This document shows positions 39,555 to 49,028 of a stretch of 64,000 bases of DNA, piece by piece. The notes beneath the pieces were generated by a model that did not search any database, was not told the origin of the DNA, and was given only the letters and a program-made list of their open reading frames with translations. A program made the translations under genes and the position numbers. The stretch comes from a virus. Positions within the stretch are counted from its first letter, which is position 1. Each line of letters begins with the position of its first letter. The stretch is from the IMG/VR virus record IMGVR_UViG_3300047558_000137, positions 246,859 to 310,858 of that record. The stretch is one strand, 5' to 3'.

Positions 39555-40325
39555 TTAGAAATACTGAACATTAGTTCTTGGAAAGAAACACTCGTTGTTT
39601 TGTAGAGGTTTCATTTTCATTGTTTCAAGTACAGTGTCTTTGCCTAGACCCATTGCTAGACTGTAAATGAAACTTTGATTGCATATTACCAGCTGGGCAC
39701 CGGCAATAACGTTAGCGAGTTCTAGGAACCCGTTAATAGGACACAAAGGTACATCAACACCAATGTCCCTAATAAACTCTTGACGCTCAGATTCAACACC
39801 AACAAATGTTCCATTGCTGGCTAGGTCAACGTCTTTAACAATATCTTTCCATGCAGCAATGCCTTCTGGATCATTGTATCTACTAGATCTATAAACTACA
39901 ATTGGCGCCACAGGATTGGGGTCTGCTTCTAACCAGGGCTCGTCATAGTCGGACATGTTAAAAGGAATATTGAATGCAAGATGATATCCCTGCACATAGT
40001 TTCCCTCAAAAGTTCTAAACTGTACGCTACGAAAGTGATCTAGATCTACATCAGGTTCGGCATCACCTTTGTGCCACATACTAGTTGTCTGTATGTAAGG
40101 CTGACGCTCTAGCAATGGCTTGAGTTTATAGTAGTCGCTTTCTTTAAAGCGGCCAACATGTGCAGGATCTACTCGTGCCCACTCGGGATTGCCACAGCTA
40201 TACTTGGCTACACATTCTTCAATGTTGTTAATAGCAACTTTATATTCGCCACCACCCATCTTTTTAACAATGGGAAGGCTGTAGATAAGATCGCCTAGTG
40301 TTCCAGAATGCTTAAACGTTTGCAT
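39555..40325 (-). CDS. putative glycosyltransferase (GT9-like C-terminal motif)
   Basis: VICNQSFIYSLAMGLGKDTV resembles the xNDSGxxHLAAALGxP motif of heptosyltransferase-family (GT9) enzymes. Confidence 0.4.
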   Translation of the reverse strand: MQTFKHSGTLGDLIYSLPIVKKMGGGEYKVAINNIEECVAKYSCGNPEWARVDPAHVGRFKESDYYKLKPLLERQPYIQTTSMWHKGDAEPDVDLDHFRSVQFRTFEGNYVQGYHLAFNIPFNMSDYDEPWLEADPNPVAPIVVYRSSRYNDPEGIAAWKDIVKDVDLASNGTFVGVESERQEFIRDIGVDVPLCPINGFLELANVIAGAQLVICNQSFIYSLAMGLGKDTVLETMKMKPLQNNECFFPRTNVQYF

Positions 40326-40692
40326 AGCTCTTTTCTTCTACGATAGTGCTGCCGCAGAGACTGTTAATTTCACGTTTGATACGGGCACGTTCGTCGTTCA
40401 TTTGATATACTTGTCTTGCGGCACGAATAAATTCACTGCTAAAATCCTGCTCTTGTTCGCAGCGGCGTTTGAAATCTTCAATCATCCAGAGATCAGCATT
40501 GACATAGCCCAAGTCTTTCTTTAACTGTGTAATGTCCGGAAGATCTAACTTAGACAAGATAGTTTTTAATTCATCTAATTCGCGTTCTACGTTTTTTAAT
40601 TTTGCAGAGTCACGAATATTAACCATTTTGATCTCTAAGATTGTAATCTTATCAATTAATTCGCCAATGCTGATTGGTGCTAGTACTATCAT
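40312..40692 (-). CDS. hypothetical coiled-coil protein
   Basis: 126-aa ORF. Confidence 0.4.
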   Translation of the reverse strand: MIVLAPISIGELIDKITILEIKMVNIRDSAKLKNVERELDELKTILSKLDLPDITQLKKDLGYVNADLWMIEDFKRRCEQEQDFSSEFIRAARQVYQMNDERARIKREINSLCGSTIVEEKSYANV

Positions 40693-41585
40693 AGTTGTTT
40701 TAATATAGCCGCTGCTATATCCTTTGAGTTAAAATTGCTTGAGCAAGGTGTGTTGCCCTTGCTACATACTAACTGTCTCACTGGACGAGCCTGTACGTCA
40801 TTGCACCCGCGACAATCTTCTAGTGTCTGTACCACTGTGGTATTGTATCCCAGCTGGTTGTTACGATAAGGCAAGATTACTTCGGGTCGCAGATGTGTTA
40901 GCAGTGCAACTATGTGCGTCGAACTGGCACTTGCAGCCCAATAAGGACCTGAATCAATGCCAACAAATGCTTTTGCACCGTCACATAGGACCTTTAACTG
41001 TTGATCATTGAACTTAGTACGTGCATCAACAAATAGTGGATGGTCTTCGATAAACAGGTCTGTTTCGCCGCCCACTGTTACAATCTTAAAGTCTGTGCGA
41101 GTTTCAAACAGTTGTGCAAAAACTTCAAACCAAATGTCGGCATTAATGTTTTTTGCAGTCCAATGCCAGTTACGCATATGAATAACAATATAACTATCTA
41201 GTTCATTCTGGTAAGCAAAGTTCAATACCTTAGTGGAATCTTCTTCTGTGGGGAATAATTCTGTTGATTGATCTAGACCTAGTTGCCCAAATGCACGATA
41301 GAAGTAGTTGTCTACATAGTGTTCTGTTGGATTAAGTTCATATGCATCGTCGAGATTAATATAAACATCATATCTATTGTTTACTGCTGGTATTTGGTCT
41401 ACAGGAAAGACGTTACGTATGTGCGGATTATTTCTATAAATGCCCGCAAAGTCTGTGGCAACGTCAATATTGGCATTGCTACCATAACGTGCCTTTAGTT
41501 CTCTAACTACCCCAGTGGTCATTACTACATCGCCAATTGCAGCACGGCGTTGTAATAGTATGTTAATTGACTTTTCTAATTTCAT
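40689..41585 (-). CDS. glycosyltransferase family 9-like (heptosyltransferase-like)
   Basis: FVGIDSGPYWAASASSTHIVALL matches GT9 GxDSGPxHLAAA motif; N-terminal ILLQRRAAIGDVVMTT matches the GT9 LxxxRxGDxVxxxP start. Confidence 0.6.
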   Translation of the reverse strand: MKLEKSINILLQRRAAIGDVVMTTGVVRELKARYGSNANIDVATDFAGIYRNNPHIRNVFPVDQIPAVNNRYDVYINLDDAYELNPTEHYVDNYFYRAFGQLGLDQSTELFPTEEDSTKVLNFAYQNELDSYIVIHMRNWHWTAKNINADIWFEVFAQLFETRTDFKIVTVGGETDLFIEDHPLFVDARTKFNDQQLKVLCDGAKAFVGIDSGPYWAASASSTHIVALLTHLRPEVILPYRNNQLGYNTTVVQTLEDCRGCNDVQARPVRQLVCSKGNTPCSSNFNSKDIAAAILKQL

Positions 41586-42790
41586 CGTTCTATTCTAATA
41601 TTAGGGAAGTAGGTCATGAAACGATCATTTAGATTATTTCTTGTTTTAAGTATCTTAGATTTAATTTCACGATAGAAATTCCATGCCAATGGTATAAACA
41701 ATACCTGTTCATCTTCTGCAAGACGTTCAAGATAGTTAATACTTACAACAGGAATGTCTGCGCCCGGGCATAAAGTTCCTTGTTTTAAAGGATTATCGTC
41801 TACAACTGCATCTAACTCAATACCACTTGCATTAATTACAGTCATGCCCTTAGCTGCCGCACCATATCCCACAATCTTATACCCTTGTGATCTATAGTCT
41901 GCTACCGTATCACGTAGATCCCCAATAAGAGTTGCAACATCCGATGCCCAACCTCTATAGGTATTGGGATCAGTTAATCCTGCAGCCGCTTCCATTGCTA
42001 GAATGTTTTCAACTCTTTGTGTATTCTTAGGCCGTCTAGCTAGAATAAAGATATAACTGGTGCCATGTATGGGTGTTTTAACTACATCAATTAAGTGTAG
42101 ACCTGCACGTTCTGCTAATGCCTGCATACTTGTGGCGTTGTAGAAACTAATGTGTTCGTGATAGATAGTATCAAACTCACTATTGACAACCATATCGGCT
42201 TGACTTGTGCTGATAAAAATCATTCCGGTATTGGTCATACGCTGTCTAGCGGCCAATAACCAATTTAAGGGATTTGGATTGTGTGCAAAACTGTTCTGTG
42301 CGGTAATAACATCAAACTGTGTATCAAAGCCTTGATCAGTTGGCCAGAAGTCGCATATAACTTGATGTCCTTTTGCTACTGTGTCTGCGTGTAGATTCTT
42401 TGCAGGATCCACACCATATGTTTTAAACCCTAAACGTTTAAATGCATCAAGTTGACTACCATCATTGCAGCCAATATCTAGTACTGTAGTGGGCCAATGA
42501 TCGAACTGTTCACGTACAAAACGTGCATACCAATCCATGTATTCAACATAAGTCCGACTTGTGCCACTAACATAGAGATAGTGGGTATAGATTAGTGCAG
42601 GATCTACTGCGTGTGTTAGCTGTAGATGATTGCAATCGTTGCAACGGTTAATGGCCAACGGATAACGTGGCTCAACTGCTGTGGTAGACCTGAAGTTATT
42701 GGCCAATGGCTGCTCACCTAGATCTAATGTAGGTGTTAAATCTGTGCTGCCACAGGCCACACAACTGGTAATAGGATCGCAATTATTCAT
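41582..42790 (-). CDS. SAM-dependent C-methyltransferase, TylCIII/NDP-hexose 3-C-methyltransferase-like, with N-terminal Zn ribbon
   Basis: N-terminal CVACGS...CNDCNH zinc-binding domain, class I SAM motif VLDIGCNDGSQL, length 402 aa as in sugar C-methyltransferases. Confidence 0.6.
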   Translation of the reverse strand: MNNCDPITSCVACGSTDLTPTLDLGEQPLANNFRSTTAVEPRYPLAINRCNDCNHLQLTHAVDPALIYTHYLYVSGTSRTYVEYMDWYARFVREQFDHWPTTVLDIGCNDGSQLDAFKRLGFKTYGVDPAKNLHADTVAKGHQVICDFWPTDQGFDTQFDVITAQNSFAHNPNPLNWLLAARQRMTNTGMIFISTSQADMVVNSEFDTIYHEHISFYNATSMQALAERAGLHLIDVVKTPIHGTSYIFILARRPKNTQRVENILAMEAAAGLTDPNTYRGWASDVATLIGDLRDTVADYRSQGYKIVGYGAAAKGMTVINASGIELDAVVDDNPLKQGTLCPGADIPVVSINYLERLAEDEQVLFIPLAWNFYREIKSKILKTRNNLNDRFMTYFPNIRIER

Positions 42791-43506
42791 TAGTTCTTAA
42801 TCTGTACGCCGTTTGGTGCAATATGTCCTTCGACCCCAAGCAAAGGTTCGTTGTGTACGTGTTCTTGTGGTAAGAATTTATACAATACATGTTCAATGTC
42901 TACATACCCGCCATTAGCAAGGCGTTCAGCAAAGAAGTTAAAGCTATCTAGGTAAACTTGTATAACTTCATCGGTCATTGTAGTAGGCCAAGACCATAGA
43001 CGTGCCATGTATTGCAACGGTACTTGTGTAACTTCAGGCGGGAATTGACTAGGTTGTGCAGGGCCAATAACAATCTTATCTTTAATATCATCACGTTCGT
43101 AAAGATCTAATTTAAAATCATCATTGAGCAGATATCTTCCTGATACTTTGTGTACACGGTCAAATCCATTTAACATGTTTTCTTGTTGTAAGATACCAAG
43201 TACGCGACTAAAGCACATGATCTCTGTACCGTTCTTAACTACGTCCCAGTTGTCATTGTCGTATAGAGCTTGTACATCTTCATCTGTACTGCAATCAATG
43301 AACACATGGCATACTTCTTTAAGTTGATTGGCTTGTAAATCCTTAATAGGTGTGCCGCAGACTTCCATAACAACAATCAACGCATCGGGCACACGTTGTT
43401 TAATTGTGGCGATAGTGTTTAGTGTTTGGTCTAAACGCTCACGTGGACTGTATACTCCAAATTTACTGTTAATTGCGCTGGTTACGATAAATGCATGTTT
43501 AGTCAT
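42790..43506 (-). CDS. hypothetical protein in sugar island
   Basis: 238-aa ORF coupled to flanking sugar genes. Confidence 0.45.
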   Translation of the reverse strand: MTKHAFIVTSAINSKFGVYSPRERLDQTLNTIATIKQRVPDALIVVMEVCGTPIKDLQANQLKEVCHVFIDCSTDEDVQALYDNDNWDVVKNGTEIMCFSRVLGILQQENMLNGFDRVHKVSGRYLLNDDFKLDLYERDDIKDKIVIGPAQPSQFPPEVTQVPLQYMARLWSWPTTMTDEVIQVYLDSFNFFAERLANGGYVDIEHVLYKFLPQEHVHNEPLLGVEGHIAPNGVQIKN

Positions 43507-43519
43507 AATATATTCTACT

Positions 43520-44704
43520 TTAATAATCTCTGTTAGTCAATTCAATTTTAACTCGTTTACGATACGTGGCCAATGCACTACCAATAACTTGGTGCATGTC
43601 GTAGTACATGTATTCGCCTAAGCGGCCGCCGAAGATCACGTTGGGCTCTTTTTCTGTTAAACTACGGTATTGTGCAAACATTTCCATATCCTCTGGTGTC
43701 TTAACAGGATAATAAGGAACGTCATCTTGTGTTGCAGTGCGGCTAAACTCTCTACCAATTACCGTTTTTCCATCAGCTACACGACGTTCAGGATGAAAGT
43801 GTCGATGTTCTACTTCACGTGTCCACTTTACATCCGTGTCGGGATAATTTAATACAGCGACACCCTGGTAGTCGTTGGTATTTTCTGTACGGTATTCAAA
43901 ATCTAGTGTGCGCCAATTTAGTTGGCCATAGCAATAATCATAGAAAGCATCAATTGGGCCAGTGTAGACCACCAACTTTTCACGTGCCAGATGTTTTACA
44001 TCTTCCCAACAAGTGTTTAAGTGTACTGTAACGTTGTCATGTGCCAACATCTTTTCAAATATTGGTGTGTAACCGTCAACTGGTATGCCTTGATATCTAT
44101 TGTTGTTAGGATAGTAGTCTGTTCGGTAGTCTGTATAAACAGGTAAACGTTTAGCAACACTAGCAGGTAGTTCTTTAGGATCAGTTTCCCACTGCTTTTG
44201 TGTGTATCCCTGCACAAACGCATGATACAATTTAGAACCTAGCAAACTTAGTGCTTGCTCTTCAAAGTTCTTAGGATCATCATAGTGTACTTTTTGTTCT
44301 TCTAACCAACGAGCTGCGTCTGCAGGGTTAAACTCATTACCAGTAAACTTGTTTATTGTATCCAAGTTAATAGGCATGGGGTAAACTACACCTTGATGAC
44401 TTGTTTTGCAGATATGTCGGTAGTTGTTAAACTCAGTAAATTGATTTACATAGTCCCAGATTTCTTTATTATCTGTATGAAATATATGAGAACCATAACG
44501 ATGTACATTTATACCAGTCTCCGGATCAAACTCAGTATAACAGTTGCCACCAATATGATTGCGACTATCAATCACAGCAACCTGAAAGCCATCTCGGCTA
44601 GCCTGTTCAGCAACTACGCTACCAAAGAAGCCGGCACCAACTACAACTAAATCAACGTTTTTAAACATTACTTGCTTAACCAGCGTGTGTTTTCTAGGGT
44701 CCAC
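43520..44704 (-). CDS. glf: UDP-galactopyranose mutase
   Basis: N-terminal FAD fold VVGAGFFGSVVAEQ, then NHIGGNCYTE...YGSHIFHTDNKEIWDYVN...QGYTQKQW...YQGIPVDGYT...IFGGRLGEYMYYDMHQVIGSAL, colinear with E. coli Glf. Confidence 0.9.
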   Translation of the reverse strand: MDPRKHTLVKQVMFKNVDLVVVGAGFFGSVVAEQASRDGFQVAVIDSRNHIGGNCYTEFDPETGINVHRYGSHIFHTDNKEIWDYVNQFTEFNNYRHICKTSHQGVVYPMPINLDTINKFTGNEFNPADAARWLEEQKVHYDDPKNFEEQALSLLGSKLYHAFVQGYTQKQWETDPKELPASVAKRLPVYTDYRTDYYPNNNRYQGIPVDGYTPIFEKMLAHDNVTVHLNTCWEDVKHLAREKLVVYTGPIDAFYDYCYGQLNWRTLDFEYRTENTNDYQGVAVLNYPDTDVKWTREVEHRHFHPERRVADGKTVIGREFSRTATQDDVPYYPVKTPEDMEMFAQYRSLTEKEPNVIFGGRLGEYMYYDMHQVIGSALATYRKRVKIELTNRDY

Positions 44705-45708
44705 TTAGTCATTTCAGCAATGCGTTCGCTAAGTTTAATACGTGGTTCCCAACCTAGATCTTTAAGTAGGCCACCGTCTAGTGCGTAACGCAGGTCATGT
44801 CCCGGACGACTACTATGAAAATCTACCATTTCGTAGTTTAACTCTCGACCTTGCGCTTCCGCAATCCACTTAGCAAGTGTTAGATTATCAACCTCTTCTG
44901 TGCCTACTAGGTTGAACTTAGGGCAGTGTGCGTGTCCGTAATCGCCTGTGTGTTTATAGTCCTTAGGCAAGTTTTGCAAAATAAACATTAGACCTTCAGC
45001 TACATCCCTTGCATGTATGTACATTCGTGTACCAGCTTCTGTTTTCTCTGGGTTAGAGTGAATAAAAACTTTCTCACCATCACGGGCACGTTGGATGCAC
45101 ATAGGAATAAACTTCTCGGGATGCTGACGTTCGCCAAACACGTTCATAGTGTGTGTAACTACAATAGGCATCTTATAAGTGTTTTCGTACGCCACACAAA
45201 ATTCTTCGGCTGCTGCCTTGCTCGCGCTATACGGGTTGGTGCTGTTGTACCGATCATACTCTTTATAAGATACCCCGGGTGGAGCAACCCCAAAAATTTC
45301 GTCTGTTGAAAAGTAAACGAAACGTTCGAGGTTAGGTAAATTTTTTCTAGCATAATCTAACATGTTAACAGTACCAACGGTATTGTCTAACACAAACTCC
45401 ATAGGGTAAGTAATTGAACGATCTACATGCGATGATGCAGCTAGATGCAAAACAATGTCTACTGGACCAATATCTTTAACGATCATTTCGTTTAGTTCTG
45501 CCTTGATATCATGGAATATGATACGCATACGCTTGGCTATTACTGCAGGGTCATGTTCCTTTAACATGTCGTGTAATCGATTTAGATTACCACTAATGTC
45601 AAGTCTATCAAGACTAACGATATTCCAGTCTGTACTAAGTAGGATTTTATCTATAACGTGGTGGGCAATAAAACCTGCGCCACCAGTTATCAAAACTGTT
45701 TTGCTCAT
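44668..45708 (-). CDS. NDP-sugar 4,6-dehydratase (RmlB-like) / NAD-dependent epimerase-dehydratase family
   Basis: Rossmann TGGAGFIAHHV, catalytic YSASKAAAE (YxxxK), PEKFIPMCIQRARDGEKVFI matches RmlB PEKLIP...GKPLPIYG block. Confidence 0.75.
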   Translation of the reverse strand: MSKTVLITGGAGFIAHHVIDKILLSTDWNIVSLDRLDISGNLNRLHDMLKEHDPAVIAKRMRIIFHDIKAELNEMIVKDIGPVDIVLHLAASSHVDRSITYPMEFVLDNTVGTVNMLDYARKNLPNLERFVYFSTDEIFGVAPPGVSYKEYDRYNSTNPYSASKAAAEEFCVAYENTYKMPIVVTHTMNVFGERQHPEKFIPMCIQRARDGEKVFIHSNPEKTEAGTRMYIHARDVAEGLMFILQNLPKDYKHTGDYGHAHCPKFNLVGTEEVDNLTLAKWIAEAQGRELNYEMVDFHSSRPGHDLRYALDGGLLKDLGWEPRIKLSERIAEMTKWTLENTRWLSK

Positions 45709-45734
45709 TGAAACTCCGAGATTATTGAATAATA

Positions 45735-46586
45735 CTATTTATTATACGGGTATGGCGGTAAGAAATCAATTATCTTCTCACCAGAATTGGCCAATATAAA
45801 GTCTGTGTACTGCCGACAGCTGGCAGGAAAGTAGTTGTCTAGGTCAACTATCTTATATGTAGCATCAGCTGAACGATTCCATTCTTTGCCTTCGGCAATA
45901 CTTTTATCTAAATCAATCTGTGCCAGGAACTCAGGTGTATTGACTTCTGTGTGACTAAAACTCTGTGCTTTATCACGTAGGTAGTCGTTGTCGCCCATGT
46001 AACCAAAATGCCATCCAGCATGTTCAATGACTTCGCAACCTTGGTTCTTGTGTTGATATTCGGCACCAAAGAAGTTAAAACGGAAATTACGCAATTGGTT
46101 AGGTGTTATTTCTTTAAACACACTGCCCCTGCCGGCCATTGCCCAAACATCATAACGTGCTGGCTCAAAGCGCATATAGTTAAATTTAAAGTTGCTTAAT
46201 GTCATACGCATGGCAAAGATTATTTGATCTGATTGGCGTATGTATTCAACTGCTGCCGGACGAGGTATTTCATCAACATCAGATACGATCATAATGTCAT
46301 CATCTTCTGCATCAGTTAGGCAATGCAATATTGCATTACGTTGTGCTTCTTCGTTTACCCATGGATTTGGGTCTCCGGGTAAGTTGACAGGCAAATACCT
46401 AATCTTATCTGCATAAGGTTTAAATCTATCATAATGTTGTGGAAATAACGGAGTGCGAGCACGATTGGTAAATGTACTAGTGCCTTCAACAATGACAAAC
46501 ACATCCACTGTGTTGTATAATTCTTTAAGGCGTATTTCTAATAGATCGAGTTCATTGTAAAATGTAAAGCAGTCAAATATACGCAT
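45735..46586 (-). CDS. glycosyltransferase family 17-like (beta-1,4-N-acetylglucosaminyltransferase-like)
   Basis: N-terminus MRIFDCFTFYNELDLLEIRLKELYNTVDVFVIVEG matches the conserved GT17 start IxDCFxFxNELDxLExRL. Confidence 0.55.
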   Translation of the reverse strand: MRIFDCFTFYNELDLLEIRLKELYNTVDVFVIVEGTSTFTNRARTPLFPQHYDRFKPYADKIRYLPVNLPGDPNPWVNEEAQRNAILHCLTDAEDDDIMIVSDVDEIPRPAAVEYIRQSDQIIFAMRMTLSNFKFNYMRFEPARYDVWAMAGRGSVFKEITPNQLRNFRFNFFGAEYQHKNQGCEVIEHAGWHFGYMGDNDYLRDKAQSFSHTEVNTPEFLAQIDLDKSIAEGKEWNRSADATYKIVDLDNYFPASCRQYTDFILANSGEKIIDFLPPYPYNK

Positions 46587-46593
46587 ATAAATA
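46586..46593 (+). promoter_or_regulatory. T4-late-promoter-like TATAAATA box
   Basis: Exact TATAAATA 30 nt upstream of the ATG of the plus-strand methyltransferase gene. Confidence 0.45.
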
Positions 46594-46623
46594 TTTATTA
46601 ATCAATATATTGTAACAAAAACA

Positions 46624-47208
46624 ATGCAACAATTCAATACTCTAGATGGTATCCAGGTTGATGAGGCACACGTGGCCTTAATCAATGGTATCGTCAAAAG
46701 CCAAAAACCTCAACGCATACTAGAATTAGGTTTAGGATCTGGTACTACTACTGATGCAATACTAGAAGCCCTACAGTTTAATCAGCAACCGTTTGAGTTT
46801 ACTCTAGTAGACTTATGGTTAGAACGTGCCTGGGGCGGTGACCCGGATACTATGCGATCGGGCACATGCCCTCCTGAAGCTGTAGAAAAGTACAGCCAAT
46901 ATATCAACATTGTTACCAGTGACGAACGCGAGTATGTATTCAATTGTGGCAAAACATTTGATTTTATCATGAGTGATGCTGATCACCATAATACACAAAA
47001 ATGGTTTGAATACGTCTACGCAGAAGTACTAGAAGCCGGCGGCACGTTAATCTATCATGACGTAACTGACCGTAGCTTTACAAACCTAAGAGAGATATAC
47101 GAAAAATGTAAACTGTTTAATTTACGCTTTACATTGTTCAACAAGAATAGCCGCAGTGACGAACGTTGTGACCGTGGCCTGTTAGTAATCTATAAACCCG
47201 AAGAATAA
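46624..47208 (+). CDS. class I SAM-dependent methyltransferase (O-methyltransferase-like)
   Basis: RILELGLGSGTTTD motif I; 194 aa. Confidence 0.6.
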   Translation: MQQFNTLDGIQVDEAHVALINGIVKSQKPQRILELGLGSGTTTDAILEALQFNQQPFEFTLVDLWLERAWGGDPDTMRSGTCPPEAVEKYSQYINIVTSDEREYVFNCGKTFDFIMSDADHHNTQKWFEYVYAEVLEAGGTLIYHDVTDRSFTNLREIYEKCKLFNLRFTLFNKNSRSDERCDRGLLVIYKPEE

Positions 47209-47217
47209 GGAATCAAT

Positions 47218-47913
47218 ATGTACGCTGTAGTAAGCATGAGCACCCATAGTATCGCCGACCTGGCAGATCAAACAGATGGACTAAAGAAGGAATACTGTGA
47301 CCATAATGGTTATGAATTCTTTGCTATCAAAGACGAAGACTTTAAAGTATTTACTAAACCATATAGTAGCTTTATGGACTGGAACAAGGCGTTCTACGTA
47401 AACGATTTGCTAAAGTCACGCCCAGACATCGAATGGGTATTGATTAGCGAAGCAGATGCTACTATCACTAACATGACTACACGCATGGAAGATAAAGTTG
47501 ATAACAATTATCACGTTATTATTCCAGTAGACGTAAACAACTTAAACGGCGGTAACTGGTTACTTCGTAATAGCGAAGAAGGTCGTGCTTACATTCAAAT
47601 GATGGTTGATGTTGTTGAGGACTACAGAGAAGATCAAAGTCCTGATGGTAAACTAAAAGACAAATGGGGACTACAACAGGTAATGATTGATACTATTGGT
47701 CAATACGAAGCGATTGTTAAGATTGTTCCACAAAAGCACATGAACAGCTACGAACCAGAAATCTATGACTACTTAGATGTTCGCACAGACATCCTAGGAA
47801 CATCTGGCGTATGGGAAAAGGGCGATTGGATTATTCACTGGCCCGGTATTAGGCACAATGTTCGACTTGATAGAGTTAAACGATTAGAAGACGAACAAAT
47901 GATTGTTCGATAG
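47218..47913 (+). CDS. hypothetical protein (possible nucleotide-sugar transferase)
   Basis: 231-aa ORF with good AAGGA Shine-Dalgarno; co-transcribed with methyltransferase. Confidence 0.45.
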   Translation: MYAVVSMSTHSIADLADQTDGLKKEYCDHNGYEFFAIKDEDFKVFTKPYSSFMDWNKAFYVNDLLKSRPDIEWVLISEADATITNMTTRMEDKVDNNYHVIIPVDVNNLNGGNWLLRNSEEGRAYIQMMVDVVEDYREDQSPDGKLKDKWGLQQVMIDTIGQYEAIVKIVPQKHMNSYEPEIYDYLDVRTDILGTSGVWEKGDWIIHWPGIRHNVRLDRVKRLEDEQMIVR

Positions 47914-47923
47914 TCACAAAAAA

Positions 47924-47947
47924 GCCCGCCTAAGCGGGCTATTTTTT
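47924..47947 (+). terminator. rho-independent terminator (GCCCGC-CTAA-GCGGGC followed by ATTTTTT)
   Basis: Closes the two-gene plus-strand cassette. Confidence 0.7.
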
Positions 47948-47948
47948 A

Positions 47949-48110
47949 ATCTTGATCTTCGTTAGTTACTTTTTCACCTAGATACTGTTTAACACTACGC
48001 ATAAGTTTGCGTTCAGTGTCGTAAACATATTCACGTGAGTCATCTTCAGTGTTAACGACTAAGATGTAGCCATTGGCTGCTTTTCTAATTTCTAAACTTT
48101 CAAACATAGT
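47949..48110 (-). CDS. small hypothetical protein (53 aa; below track cutoff)
   Basis: MFESLEIRKAANGYILVVNTEDDSREYVYDTERKLMRSVKQYLGEKVTNEDQD read from the minus strand. Confidence 0.25.
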
Positions 48111-48394
48111 GTTTCCTTGGTTGGTTGAATAATAGGTTTGAGCACATTACATTTGCTTTCCGACCGTGGACCACATTGATAAGAATAATGACTTCCTATC
48201 TAACCACCCCTGGGTGATATTTTTCATGGTCTCGAGACTCGTTCGCGGTTCTTAAATCAATTGTACCCTCGGAAGCATCCGATATAGTCTTTCCAGGACA
48301 ACGGGGCCGGTTTGCCTTGCGGCTACACGCTAATAGAACTACCACTGGTATCAAATAGTCGCCACACTATGTGCTCAAACTTATTACATGCTAA

Positions 48395-49018
48395 TTATAA
48401 CGCAGTTGTTGTTTGTAGGTCTAGTAGATATTTGTCCAATGATTCGTTTGGCCAAACATTTTTATAAAATATTAATTTTACCAATCTTTCAGACCTAGAG
48501 AAAAACAATAAACTAGGTATCCATAATACCAAATTTGGGTCTTCATTGATCAGATGGTAACCACGTTCTTTTACAAAACCTGGGTCTGCTTTTATTGCAT
48601 CCTTAATTGGATTATCAATCGACGAATCAGCAAAGTGTACTAGTTTGCCATTTTCAAACAGTGCTTGAAAGTTCCAATATGATGCTAAAAAATTAACATC
48701 ACGATTTGTGATATTTCTTAATTGCTTCAGGTGGGCTATAAATGTCTTGTCACTGTTATATAACAACGGTATTGTTATACCTTCTCTTGCATGGTACGAA
48801 TGTAGCAATGTTTTACCGGTGATACAGTTAATAAAGTAAACTTTATCAATGTGAAGATCGTTTACTTTACTATGTATGTATTGCACATACAGATCGGAAA
48901 TATTATCGTATGGGCGAGTTAGTGAACAAATCAATACTCGCCCATTTGCGGCTATATCCTGAAATTTTATTTGCTTAATATTACCATTGTCGAGATATAA
49001 AAATTCTATATCTTCCAT
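48395..49018 (-). CDS. hypothetical protein
   Basis: 207-aa ORF. Confidence 0.45.
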   Translation of the reverse strand: MEDIEFLYLDNGNIKQIKFQDIAANGRVLICSLTRPYDNISDLYVQYIHSKVNDLHIDKVYFINCITGKTLLHSYHAREGITIPLLYNSDKTFIAHLKQLRNITNRDVNFLASYWNFQALFENGKLVHFADSSIDNPIKDAIKADPGFVKERGYHLINEDPNLVLWIPSLLFFSRSERLVKLIFYKNVWPNESLDKYLLDLQTTTAL

Positions 49019-49028
49019 TGGATCCTAA

